Assembly: GCA_017416535.1 (NCBI GenBank)
Contig: JAFQCG010000003.1
Coordinates: 132,911-196,910 of the forward strand
Direction of reading: 5' to 3'
Origin: Bacilli bacterium
GTDB taxonomy: Bacteria; Bacillota_I; Bacilli_A; RF39; UBA660
DNA length: 64,000 nucleotides
This document shows positions 29,101 to 38,376 of this stretch, one piece after another. A model generated the notes under the pieces. The model ran no database searches and was not told where the DNA came from. It saw nothing but the letters and a program-made list of their open reading frames with translations. Numbering within the stretch: position 1 is the stretch's first letter; each line of letters begins with the position of its first letter. The position numbers were made by a program, and so were the translations under genes.

Positions 29101-29370
29101 AAATTTCAGATTTCTTACAGGTACAATTTGTGGAACAAATTAGTACCTGGCCTAACAAGCCGAAAGCTTGCTTGTAGGCGGTATTGTATTACAAAATATA
29201 TAAAGAAATAAAAAAATAAAATACCGACTTACGAAAGTAAGTCGGAGGTTTAAATTTACTCATTCACTTATTAAGTGAATGAGTAATTATTTTGGTATTA
29301 TTTATTGATATAGATAATATTGGGATAAATCTGTTAAGTTCGAGCCCTTTTGTTATTATCCTCGCTTTGA

Positions 29371-29511
29371 GATTGGTCGGGGTCGGCCAATGATACTAAC
29401 AATGTATGGAATGTAAATAGTAATACAAACTTTGACAACAACAACTATCACGGTGATAATGCTTACGGCGTGCGTCCAGTTATAGAAATCCCAATCTCAG
29501 AATTTGAATAA
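29371..29511 (+). pseudogene. orphan 3' gene fragment encoding a second DUF1566-like C-terminal module, with no start codon
   Basis: Translation DWSGSANDTNNVWNVNSNTNFDNNNYHGDNAYGVRPVIEIPISEFE begins right after a TGA. The DNA motifs ggtcggggtcggcc and ggcgtgcgtccagttatagaaatc are shared with 28968-29085. Confidence 0.5.
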
Positions 29512-29540
29512 AAAAATGACAAGAAATTGTCATTTTTTTA
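29512..29540 (+). terminator. Rho-independent terminator
   Basis: atgacaa-gaaa-ttgtcat flanked by an A-run and a T-run (bidirectional). Confidence 0.6.
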
Positions 29541-29634
29541 TTTAAGAAAAATTAATAAAAATACTAATAATAAATTGAATATGATTTTTCTATTTGATAT
29601 ACTTTAATTATAAAATAATAGGAGGAAGTACTTA

Positions 29635-31677
29635 ATGGAAAAGAAGTATGAAGCATTGTTTACTCCAATGCAAGTAGGTGGAGTGACAATCAAAAACAGA
29701 TTCGTGCATGCCCCTATGGAAGGAACAGCACCAATCGAATGGATGACAGGATATAAATTCAACAAACATACTAGACAATATTTAGTAGATAGAGCAAAAA
29801 ATGAAGTTGGCCTAATCATCCCAGGAATTGTTACAGTTAAAAGTGTAATTGGAGGAAAATGGTTATACAAATCAAAAAACAAATTCTTTAATGAACTAAA
29901 AGAATTAATGGACGAAGTTCATAGTTATGACTCAAAAATGTTCGTTCAATTAGGAGCTGGATTTGGTCGTGTAATGTTAATGGCTGATATGCTAACAGGA
30001 CTACTTGATAAACCATTCTTAGCTAAACTATTAAAAGTAGATAGAATTACAGCATCACCATCTGAACTACCAAATGTTTGGGAACCAAGTCGTAAATGTC
30101 CTGAAATAACAGTTGAGGAAATTGAAGATATAGTAGAAGGATACGCTAAAGGCGCAGCTGTATTAAAAGAAGCTGGAGTAGATGGTGTAGAAATTCATGC
30201 TATTCATGAAGGTTATTTACTAGACCAATTTACAATTAAAAATACAAATCATCGTACAGATAAATATGGTGGTTCTTTAGAAAATAGAGCACGTTTTGTT
30301 ACTGATATTATTAAAGCAATTAAAAAAGAATGTGGTAAAGACTTCCCAGTAATTGTAAGATATTCAGTTACAAGTAAAATGAGAGGATTCAACAAAGGTG
30401 CAATTCCTGGAGAAAAATATGAAGAATTTGGTCGTGACTACGATGAAAGTATCAAGTTAGCTAAAATTCTAGAAGAAGCTGGAGCAGATGCACTAGATGC
30501 AGATAACGGAAGTTATGATGCTTGGTTCTGGGCACACCCACCAATGTATATGCCACTAGCTTGTAACCTAGAAGATGCTAAATTTATTAAAAAACATGTA
30601 AATATTCCGGTATTCTGTGCTGGACGTATGGAAGATCCAAATACATCAGTAAAAGTAATTGAAAAAGAAGAAATCGATGGTATAACAGTTGGACGCCAAT
30701 TCTTAGCTGATCCAGAATATGTAACTAAAGTAAAAGAAGGAAAACTAGAAGATATTAAACCATGTCTTGCTTGTCATAATGGATGCTTTGCTAATGGACA
30801 AAAACCAGATATGGATGGAGCAACAATGGCACCATGGGGTAATGGAAAATGTGCAATTACACCATACACACTAAATGAACATGCAAGAGTTTTAAAACCA
30901 CTTGCTAAAAAGAAAAAGATTGCTGTAATCGGTGCAGGTATTGCAGGAATGGAATTTGCTCGTATCGCAACACTTCGTGGACATGATGTAACAATCTATG
31001 AAAAATCTAATGAACTAGGTGGAGTATTTATCGCAGCAGCAGCACCTAAATTTAAAGAAAAAGATAAAATGTTACTAAAATGGTATGCTAAACAAATGAA
31101 AGATTTAAATATTAAAATTGAATTTAATCATGAAGTAACAGAAGAAGAATTAAATAACTTAGAAGTAGATGAAATCATTTATGCAACAGGAGCAAGTGCT
31201 CGTACATTAAAAGTTGAAGGTGGAGAAAAAGCAATTGATGCAATTGACTACCTAAGAGAAACAACTTTAATTGGAGATAATGTTGTAATTATTGGTGGAG
31301 GATTAACTGGATGTGAAATTGCTTATGATGCAGCGCTAAACAAGAGAAAACCAGTTATAATTGAAGCTCAAAAACATATTTTAAATATGCCACTATTATG
31401 TGCAGCAAATTCAAATATGTTAAGAGAAATAATTCGTTTCTATGAAATTCCAGTATATACAAATGCTAAAGTAGTAAAAATTACAGATAAAGATGTAACT
31501 ATTGAAGTTGATGATGAAGAAAAAACTATTAAAGCTGATACAGTTGTTAAATCTATTGGATATAACGCTAGTGGAGTAGAAAGTAGTAAAAACTTCCACG
31601 TAATTGGAGATGCAGAAAAAGTAGGTAACTTAAAAGATGTTATCTGGACTGCATACGATTTAGCGAATAAACTATAA
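29635..31677 (+). CDS. Old Yellow Enzyme-family NADH:flavin oxidoreductase fused to an FAD/NAD(P)-binding domain (2,4-dienoyl-CoA reductase / BaiH-like)
   Basis: TIM-barrel FMN domain (PMQVGGVTIKNRFVHAPME), C-terminal Rossmann GAGIAGME, 680 aa. Confidence 0.8.
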   Translation: MEKKYEALFTPMQVGGVTIKNRFVHAPMEGTAPIEWMTGYKFNKHTRQYLVDRAKNEVGLIIPGIVTVKSVIGGKWLYKSKNKFFNELKELMDEVHSYDSKMFVQLGAGFGRVMLMADMLTGLLDKPFLAKLLKVDRITASPSELPNVWEPSRKCPEITVEEIEDIVEGYAKGAAVLKEAGVDGVEIHAIHEGYLLDQFTIKNTNHRTDKYGGSLENRARFVTDIIKAIKKECGKDFPVIVRYSVTSKMRGFNKGAIPGEKYEEFGRDYDESIKLAKILEEAGADALDADNGSYDAWFWAHPPMYMPLACNLEDAKFIKKHVNIPVFCAGRMEDPNTSVKVIEKEEIDGITVGRQFLADPEYVTKVKEGKLEDIKPCLACHNGCFANGQKPDMDGATMAPWGNGKCAITPYTLNEHARVLKPLAKKKKIAVIGAGIAGMEFARIATLRGHDVTIYEKSNELGGVFIAAAAPKFKEKDKMLLKWYAKQMKDLNIKIEFNHEVTEEELNNLEVDEIIYATGASARTLKVEGGEKAIDAIDYLRETTLIGDNVVIIGGGLTGCEIAYDAALNKRKPVIIEAQKHILNMPLLCAANSNMLREIIRFYEIPVYTNAKVVKITDKDVTIEVDDEEKTIKADTVVKSIGYNASGVESSKNFHVIGDAEKVGNLKDVIWTAYDLANKL

Positions 31678-31681
31678 TAAA

Positions 31682-31708
31682 ATAGCGAGTAATTCGCTAT
31701 TTTACTTT
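31682..31708 (+). terminator. Rho-independent terminator
   Basis: tagcga-gtaat-tcgcta hairpin plus T-run. Confidence 0.55.
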
Positions 31709-31719
31709 AAGGAGAACAT

Positions 31720-32160
31720 ATGATAAAAATATGCTTTGTCTGCCTAGGAAATATTTGTCGTTCTCCTATGGCAGAATATATAATGAAAAAGAAACTAAAA
31801 GATCTAAATCTAGAAAATGAATATCACATAGTATCACGTGCAACATCATATGAAGAACAAGGAAATGATATATATCCTCCTGCTAAAAGAAAACTAACAG
31901 AAGCAAACATTCCATTTAGTAATCATACCGCCACAAGATTAGAAAAAGATGACTATGATAAATATGATTGTTTCATTTGTATGGAACAAAGAAATATAAC
32001 AAATACTCTACGTATATTTGAAAGTGATCCAAGTAACAAAATATTTACTTTATTAGATAAAGATATTGCTGATCCTTGGTATACAGGAAACTTTGATGAT
32101 ACATATAATGATTTAGACTATGGTTTAGATAATCTTATAAAAGAACTTGAAAAGAAGTAG
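31720..32160 (+). CDS. low-molecular-weight protein tyrosine phosphatase
   Basis: CLGNICRSPMAE (CX5R P-loop) near the N-terminus, DPWY motif near the C-terminus, 146 aa. Confidence 0.8.
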   Translation: MIKICFVCLGNICRSPMAEYIMKKKLKDLNLENEYHIVSRATSYEEQGNDIYPPAKRKLTEANIPFSNHTATRLEKDDYDKYDCFICMEQRNITNTLRIFESDPSNKIFTLLDKDIADPWYTGNFDDTYNDLDYGLDNLIKELEKK

Positions 32161-32178
32161 AAATACTTCTTTTTTGTT
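32148..32178 (+). terminator. Rho-independent terminator
   Basis: agaagta-gaaa-tacttct plus T6. Confidence 0.55.
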
Positions 32179-32196
32179 GCTATATAAGGGTAAAAC

Positions 32197-32225
32197 TTGC
32201 ATTTTTACCCATTTTATGATATAAT
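32197..32225 (+). promoter_or_regulatory. sigma-A promoter of the two-gene operon
   Basis: TTGCAT, 17-nt spacer, tga TATAAT (extended -10). RBS aaaggggga before the ATG at 32255. Confidence 0.55.
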
Positions 32226-32254
32226 ATCCCCACATATTGAAAAGGGGGATAAAA

Positions 32255-33229
32255 ATGGAGTTTATTGTACTAGATTTAACAACAGCAACCGAAGAACAAA
32301 TAAAAGCTGCAATTGACTGTAACAATAGAACATCTCGTTTAATGCAATCAGAAATCGATAAATTACGTCGTGTAGCTGAAACTGTCAAAAAAAGTAAAAA
32401 ACCAATTATTATTCAAGTAGAACCTCAAGAAGAAAAGAAAGAAACAGAAATAATTGATGAAGACTTTGAAAATGAGGTTGAATATTATTTATCACAACTA
32501 AAAGAATTAAAAAATTCTAATATTGATGATGAGTTTGAAACATCAATACCATCTCGTATGCACTATCAGTATGAAAGAATCTTGACTCGTTTAAAACTAG
32601 AATCAATAAGACTTATTAAAGAAATTAAAGATTTGTTAGCTGAGGAAGGCTTATCTTTAGAAGATATGAATGCTTTTAAAGAAGAATTAGATTTAGAACT
32701 AAAGAAAATCGAACTAATTAATAAAGCATTAGAACCAGTAAAAGAAGAAGAGCAAGCCTCTACTAAAAAAGATAATAAATTAATATTTGTACCAACATCA
32801 GGTGGAGATATAAGAGTACTAGATGAAATTGATTCTATACCATACGAATATTACGATCGTTTCCTAGGACTATTCCAATCAATAAAAGATGGTACATTTA
32901 AAAATGTTCAAAGATTCACAGGTAATAATGAACTTAATGGTTTATGTGAAGTAAAAGACTTTAAAGTACGTGTAATTTTTGTAAGATTAACAAAAGATTC
33001 TTATGCAATAATATCAGCGTTTACTAAAAAGTCTGATAATGATAAAGCTTATCGTGCTGCAGTAATAAAAAAATATAATGACTTCCAGATAGCAGAATCA
33101 TCATTAAGAAAAAATATACAAAATGAAGAATTCTTAGAACTACATAAGACATATGAAACAGAATTATTTGAAAAGTTATCACCTACAACTAAAACACCTG
33201 TTTTAAAGAAGAAAGGTGGTGAAGTATAA
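32255..33229 (+). CDS. coiled-coil/acidic N-terminal region fused to a C-terminal Gp49/HigB-like (RelE/ParE superfamily) toxin domain
   Basis: C-terminal TFKNVQRFTGNNELNGLCEVKDFKVRVIFVRLTKDSYAIISAFTKKSDNDKAYRAAVIKKYNDF matches the Gp49 pattern L.G..LWELR...YRV.Y.....IVLLHAF.KK. TAATG overlap with the next gene. Confidence 0.45.
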   Translation: MEFIVLDLTTATEEQIKAAIDCNNRTSRLMQSEIDKLRRVAETVKKSKKPIIIQVEPQEEKKETEIIDEDFENEVEYYLSQLKELKNSNIDDEFETSIPSRMHYQYERILTRLKLESIRLIKEIKDLLAEEGLSLEDMNAFKEELDLELKKIELINKALEPVKEEEQASTKKDNKLIFVPTSGGDIRVLDEIDSIPYEYYDRFLGLFQSIKDGTFKNVQRFTGNNELNGLCEVKDFKVRVIFVRLTKDSYAIISAFTKKSDNDKAYRAAVIKKYNDFQIAESSLRKNIQNEEFLELHKTYETELFEKLSPTTKTPVLKKKGGEV

Positions 33230-35133
33230 TGATAAATATCTTAAGAATGATAAATAAAGAAAAAATAAGAATTGATCAAGAACTATTAGAAGAAGATGAA
33301 AGATTTGAATTTTATCAAGAATTTTTCAAAAAAAATAAAACATCAACATTAACTGATGTAATAAATTTAAATCATTCTGATTTAGCACTTGCAATTATCA
33401 TTAATATGGACCCAGAACTTTCGGTTGAAGAAGTTAAAGAAGTAGTTTATGGTAACAGAGATATTTTTGAAAATTTAAACTTCGATTCTATAAGTGAACT
33501 AGTAAGATTAATAGATGGTCTAGCTAATGACCCAGAACTTTATTGTGATATTAAAAAAGCTGCTATAACTAAAGCGGATAAGAAATTTACAGCTAGATTC
33601 AAAAAAGAAAGTCAAATGGCGAGTATGATTCGTATTCTTACAGATTCAATGGACACAACTCCAGAAATGTTCTTTGATTTTGTAGATATGTTTATTGAAC
33701 ACAGTGAAGGATTTGTAATTGCCTTATCAACAGTTGCAACATTAAAAGATATCAAAGAAGAAAAAGAATTCCATTATCAAATGATTCAAGATATCTGTGA
33801 AGAAGAAGGTGCAAAAGTTAAACGAAAAGTTCAAGATAAATGGGTATCAGAAATGGTAAGAGATGATTATAAAATTGCTAATTTATTAAAACCAGTAAAT
33901 GATGCAAGAAATGAATATCATCATCTAGATCAAGAACAAAGAAATAGAAAAAGAAATTTATCTAAAACAAAAGTTGTTTATGAATCATTAGAAACAAACC
34001 TTTATAAAGCCATTCAATCAGGGGAAATAAGAAATGTTGAAACATTACTAAAAAAAGTACCTAATGATGAAATTAGAATTGCTATATTAAAACTTGTATA
34101 TACACACAATCAAAAAATATACAAAAACTTATCTGAAGAATATAAAATATTAGCTGCTAATGATGCTTCTCACTATCGAGTTCTACTTGCAAAATATGGT
34201 ATATCTCCAGAAGATTATGAAGTAGGAACTGTAATGGAAAATTCAATTGAAGATTTAGAAAATATATTAAAATTACTAACTAAACTTTCAATAACTAATC
34301 CAACAGAAATTCTTAGTATTATTCAAAATACAAATTTAGAAACAATTACTAATATTCAAGGATTAACTGAACGAGGTATAATAACATCTCAATTATTAGT
34401 AGAACATCAAAGTATTCTAAATCCAAATTCAAAAGAATATGAAGACTTCATGAGAAATTTAAGTTTAATTAATAAAAAGAAATTAAATCCACATCATTTT
34501 ACAACAACAGAAGATGTATTAATAACAAATCATGAAGTATTAACAAATAGTTTAAGCACACTAGAAGATTACGACTTATTATCTAATATAAAATCAAAAA
34601 TGAATTTAACTTTCTTAAAAAACATAGATTTAAAAGAATCAATTGATCTATTATTAGAATTAGGTTATGAATCAAATTTAGAAGAATGTTTAGACTTATT
34701 AAACTATAAAGATAAATTTGATAGATTAAAAGTCTTAAAAGAATTAAATATACCTATAGGAAGCACACAAGAATTAATAGGAATATTAACAACAGATAAA
34801 TTCTATGTACCAGATAAAGATATATCTAAGTATGTATATAATGCATCTAACTATAATTTGCCTAGAGGAATTGTAGAAGTAGAAGAACCAAAGAAAAAAG
34901 TATCAGATGTATCAAGGTTATCAGAATTTTCAAATACATCTCGTACATATAGTTTTGATGGAGTATTAATTTCCAAAAATAGAGTACATAGAAATTTATC
35001 TCATATACTAGCAACAGGAAAACCAACAGATAGATTAGTATATGCAATATTAAAAGGAGCAACATTAAATGATGAAGAAGTATCAAAAGTAAAAACATCA
35101 CTTGCTTCACAAAAACAAATAATAAAAAAATAA
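33229..35133 (+). CDS. large (634 aa) uncharacterised, predicted all-alpha protein, translationally coupled to the upstream gene
   Basis: Start ATG shares a nucleotide with the upstream TAA. No recognisable catalytic or HTH motif. Confidence 0.45.
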   Translation: MINILRMINKEKIRIDQELLEEDERFEFYQEFFKKNKTSTLTDVINLNHSDLALAIIINMDPELSVEEVKEVVYGNRDIFENLNFDSISELVRLIDGLANDPELYCDIKKAAITKADKKFTARFKKESQMASMIRILTDSMDTTPEMFFDFVDMFIEHSEGFVIALSTVATLKDIKEEKEFHYQMIQDICEEEGAKVKRKVQDKWVSEMVRDDYKIANLLKPVNDARNEYHHLDQEQRNRKRNLSKTKVVYESLETNLYKAIQSGEIRNVETLLKKVPNDEIRIAILKLVYTHNQKIYKNLSEEYKILAANDASHYRVLLAKYGISPEDYEVGTVMENSIEDLENILKLLTKLSITNPTEILSIIQNTNLETITNIQGLTERGIITSQLLVEHQSILNPNSKEYEDFMRNLSLINKKKLNPHHFTTTEDVLITNHEVLTNSLSTLEDYDLLSNIKSKMNLTFLKNIDLKESIDLLLELGYESNLEECLDLLNYKDKFDRLKVLKELNIPIGSTQELIGILTTDKFYVPDKDISKYVYNASNYNLPRGIVEVEEPKKKVSDVSRLSEFSNTSRTYSFDGVLISKNRVHRNLSHILATGKPTDRLVYAILKGATLNDEEVSKVKTSLASQKQIIKK

Positions 35134-35203
35134 TCCAAGTATCTTAAGAATAGAAAAGAAGTCTGTCATGTCACACACCGGACTTCTTTTCGTTTATAAA
35201 ACG

Positions 35204-35232
35204 TTGACAAATAAGTCTCTACGTGCTATAAT
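35204..35232 (+). promoter_or_regulatory. sigma-A promoter of the rplU-prp-rpmA operon
   Basis: TTGACA (35204-35209), 17-nt spacer, TATAAT (35227-35232). Confidence 0.55.
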
Positions 35233-35238
35233 CTAACT

Positions 35239-35334
35239 GTTTGACGCCTCATGCTCAAACCGCATTGAACAGGTAAAAACGTGTAATACGTACCTCGAGA
35301 GCGAGTCTTAAGTTTAAAAAAGGAGGTATATTTA
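35239..35334 (+). promoter_or_regulatory. structured 5' leader of rplU (candidate L21-leader autoregulatory element)
   Basis: Approximately 95-nt untranslated leader with several short stems (ctgtt/aacag, ggtacgt/acgtacc). L21 leader elements are known in low-GC Gram-positives. Confidence 0.3.
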
Positions 35335-35637
35335 ATGAACGCTGTAGTTAAAGTTGGTGGAAAGCAATATTATGTTACTGAAGGTTCTGAAATTTTTGTT
35401 GAAAAACTAAATGCAGAAGCTGGTGACAAAGTTAGCTTCGATCAAGTATTAATGCTTGATAGTAAAGTAGGAAGTCCTTATCTTACTAATGTTACTGTTG
35501 AAGGTGAAGTAATCAAAAACGGTAAACAAAAGAAAATTAGAGTTTTCAAATATAAAAGTAAAGATAGATCTAACCGTAAGACTCAAGGACATAGACAACC
35601 TTATACAAAAATCAAAATTACTAAAATTAATGGTTAA
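35335..35637 (+). CDS. rplU: 50S ribosomal protein L21
   Basis: MNAVVKVGGKQYYVTEGSEI ... canonical L21, 100 aa. Confidence 0.9.
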   Translation: MNAVVKVGGKQYYVTEGSEIFVEKLNAEAGDKVSFDQVLMLDSKVGSPYLTNVTVEGEVIKNGKQKKIRVFKYKSKDRSNRKTQGHRQPYTKIKITKING

Positions 35638-35640
35638 TTT

Positions 35641-35943
35641 ATGATTAAAGTTAAAGTAGAAAAAGAAAATTCTATTTATAAAAAAATATCTATTCTAGGT
35701 CATGCTATGTATGATGAATATGGAAAAGATATTGTATGTAGTGCTGCTAGCAGTATTGCAACAACAACAATAAATGGAATCTTAACTTTAGATGAAGGTA
35801 GTCTAAGTTACCAAGTTAATAAGGAAGGTCTTATAATTGAGAATATTTCAGATAATGAAACAACTCAAAAATTACTTGGAAACATGGTTAATCTTTTAGA
35901 ACAGTTGGAAGAACAATATCCAACAAATATTGAAGTAAAGTAA
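35641..35943 (+). CDS. prp: ribosomal-processing cysteine protease Prp
   Basis: Located between rplU and rpm[19 protein letters not shown]is/Cys dyad signature. Confidence 0.8.
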   Translation: MIKVKVEKENSIYKKISILGHAMYDEYGKDIVCSAASSIATTTINGILTLDEGSLSYQVNKEGLIIENISDNETTQKLLGNMVNLLEQLEEQYPTNIEVK

Positions 35944-35954
35944 GGAGGAGAATT

Positions 35955-36245
35955 ATGAAACAATTATTATTAGATATTCAATTATTTGCTCACCATAAAG
36001 GGCAAGGATCAACATCTAATGGTCGTGATTCTGCAGGACGTAGACTTGGAGCTAAAGCAGCTGACGGTGAATTCATAACAGCTGGTTCTATTATATATCG
36101 TCAACGTGGAACAAAAATTTTCCCAGGAACTAACGTTCGTCGTGGAAATGATGATACTCTATATTCTACAGTTGATGGAATCGTTAAGTTTGAACACTTA
36201 GGAAGAACTAAGAAACAAGCTTCAGTATATCCAGTAGGAGAATAA
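35955..36245 (+). CDS. rpmA: 50S ribosomal protein L27 with N-terminal propeptide ([16 protein letters not shown])
   Basis: [23 protein letters not shown] ... canonical L27 after an 11-residue extension. Confidence 0.9.
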   Translation: MKQLLLDIQLFAHHKGQGSTSNGRDSAGRRLGAKAADGEFITAGSIIYRQRGTKIFPGTNVRRGNDDTLYSTVDGIVKFEHLGRTKKQASVYPVGE

Positions 36246-36253
36246 TAGAAGTA

Positions 36254-36278
36254 AAGAGCCATTATGGCTCTTTTTTTA
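36254..36278 (+). terminator. Rho-independent terminator
   Basis: aaagagccattatggctcttt plus T7. Confidence 0.65.
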
Positions 36279-36357
36279 ACCAATAATAGCAAGTGATTAT
36301 CTAGACAAAAAAATATATATTTGTTATACTAAAATCACTTTGAAAGGGGATGAAATA

Positions 36358-37632
36358 ATGTTTGTAGATGAGGTTGAAATTAAAGTTGAAGCCGGAGATG
36401 GTGGAGACGGATGTACTGCCTTTCGTCGTGAAAAATATATCGAAATGGGAGGACCATTCGGAGGTAATGGTGGACGTGGAGCAGACATAATCTTCAAAGT
36501 AGATGAAGGATTACACACATTATTAGATTTACGTTATCAAAAAACAATTAAAGGACAAAAAGGTGAAAATGGACGTGGTAAAAACCAACATGGTGCCGGA
36601 GCTGAGAACTTAATTGTTAAAGTACCACAAGGTACAGTAGTAACTGATTTAGATACAGGATTTATTATTGCCGATTTATCAAAAAAAGACCAACAAGAAG
36701 TAATTGCAAAAGGTGGACGTGGAGGCAGAGGAAATACTGCCTTCAAAACACAAACTAATACAGCTCCAGACTACTCTGAAAAAGGAGAAGAAGGAGAAAA
36801 GAAAACATTAAAAGTAGAAGTTAAAATGTTAGCTGATGTTGGATTAGTAGGATTACCAAGTGTTGGAAAATCAACAATAATTTCAATGATTTCAAGATCT
36901 AAACCCAAAATAGCCGCTTATCACTTTACAACACTTACTCCAAACTTAGGTGTAGTACGAGCAAGTGAAGGAAGAAGTTACGTAGTAGCAGATCTTCCAG
37001 GTCTAATTGAAGGAGCATCACAAGGAGAAGGATTAGGAGATAAATTCTTACGCCACATTGAAAGAACAAGAGTAATAGCTCATGTAATTGATATGAGTGG
37101 AAGCGAAATGAGAGATCCATATGAAGATTATCTTTTAATTAATAAAGAATTAAAAGAATTCAATGAAAAATTACTAGAAAAACCACAAATAGTAATTGCT
37201 AATAAAATGGATATTCCAGGAGCAAAAGAAAATTTAGAAGAATTTAAAAAGAAAGTTGACGTAGAAATATATGAAATTTCAGCAGCAACAAATCAAGGAT
37301 TAGATAAGGTAATAAATAGATTAGCTGACTTATTAGATGAAATTCCATCTAATCCACTATACGATGAAAGTCAAATTGAAAGTCATGTTCTATATAAATT
37401 CAAGAAAGAAGAACCATTTACTATTGGAAGAGATGACGATGGTACATGGGTAATTGAAGGAAAAGAAGTTGAAAGAATATTCAAAATGACAAAATTCTCA
37501 AGTGAAGAAGCAATTTATCGTTTCTCTAAAAAACTACGTCGTATGGGAATTGATGATAAATTACAAGAATTAGGAGCAGAAGAAGGAGACCAAGTTAGAA
37601 TTCTAGACTTCTACTTCGATTATAAAGACTAA
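36358..37632 (+). CDS. obg: GTPase Obg
   Basis: MFVDEVEIKVEAGDGGDGC ... Obg fold, G motifs GLPSVGKST, C-terminal TGS-like domain. Start at 36358 after RBS aaagggga. Confidence 0.9.
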   Translation: MFVDEVEIKVEAGDGGDGCTAFRREKYIEMGGPFGGNGGRGADIIFKVDEGLHTLLDLRYQKTIKGQKGENGRGKNQHGAGAENLIVKVPQGTVVTDLDTGFIIADLSKKDQQEVIAKGGRGGRGNTAFKTQTNTAPDYSEKGEEGEKKTLKVEVKMLADVGLVGLPSVGKSTIISMISRSKPKIAAYHFTTLTPNLGVVRASEGRSYVVADLPGLIEGASQGEGLGDKFLRHIERTRVIAHVIDMSGSEMRDPYEDYLLINKELKEFNEKLLEKPQIVIANKMDIPGAKENLEEFKKKVDVEIYEISAATNQGLDKVINRLADLLDEIPSNPLYDESQIESHVLYKFKKEEPFTIGRDDDGTWVIEGKEVERIFKMTKFSSEEAIYRFSKKLRRMGIDDKLQELGAEEGDQVRILDFYFDYKD

Positions 37633-37651
37633 TTATTAGGTGGGGTTCAAT

Positions 37652-38338
37652 ATGACATTAACAGAATTAAAAACAAAAACAGAAAATTTAACAAATAGAA
37701 TTGATGGAATTAATACATGGATAAAAAGTAATCCAGAAGTAACAGAACCAAATGTGTACGAGATAATGGATTGCAATGTTCAATATGCAGAATTAGTGGC
37801 AGAATATGTAACTTACTATAATGAAAGTGGTTGGCCATTTATTGAAGAAGATATGATGCTTAAAAAAAATTTGCCAAGAAGTGCCAGAACAACCGATTTA
37901 CCATTTCTACATCCTGAACTTGCAAATTGCTTTTTAGGGCTATGTACAATGGAAACTCTAAGAGAATTTCCAATGCATCCATTTATAAAAACACCTGAAG
38001 CATATGATATGTATGCAACACTTAGAATGAGACAATTATGTGGAGCATACACTTTAGGACCAACAGAAGAAGATAGACGAATAAAAAGAGAATTAATTAC
38101 TAAATCTATGAGTGTTTTATACTATATCTGGCAAGTAAAACAACAAGAACCAGATTATGAGTACGACAACATATCTGAATTTATCGCATTAAAAGATATG
38201 GCTAGTTTATATGAAGCATCAGAAGAACCATGTCAATATAAAGTACAAATAGATAATATACTATCAAAGATAGAAGAAAGTTATAAATATAAAGAAACTA
38301 AAACAGGACAAAAAGCACCACAAAAGAAAAAAGACTAA
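37652..38338 (+). CDS. hypothetical protein
   Basis: 228 aa from the ATG at 37652 (RBS ttaggtgggg). No recognisable domain. Confidence 0.4.
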   Translation: MTLTELKTKTENLTNRIDGINTWIKSNPEVTEPNVYEIMDCNVQYAELVAEYVTYYNESGWPFIEEDMMLKKNLPRSARTTDLPFLHPELANCFLGLCTMETLREFPMHPFIKTPEAYDMYATLRMRQLCGAYTLGPTEEDRRIKRELITKSMSVLYYIWQVKQQEPDYEYDNISEFIALKDMASLYEASEEPCQYKVQIDNILSKIEESYKYKETKTGQKAPQKKKD

Positions 38339-38376
38339 TATTTGTGTGCTATTAAGGAAAGGAGCATATATCAAAT

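Noticed and set aside
29330-29345. gttcgagccc resembles a tRNA T-loop
   Set aside because: The flanking sequence cannot form a T-stem, acceptor stem or anticodon arm. No tRNA-like cloverleaf is present.
36324-36746. Minus-strand ORFs opposite the obg 5' region
   Set aside because: They are antisense to the conserved Obg N-terminal Gly-rich domain, and their Pro/Ser-rich translations are typical of reverse-frame artefacts.
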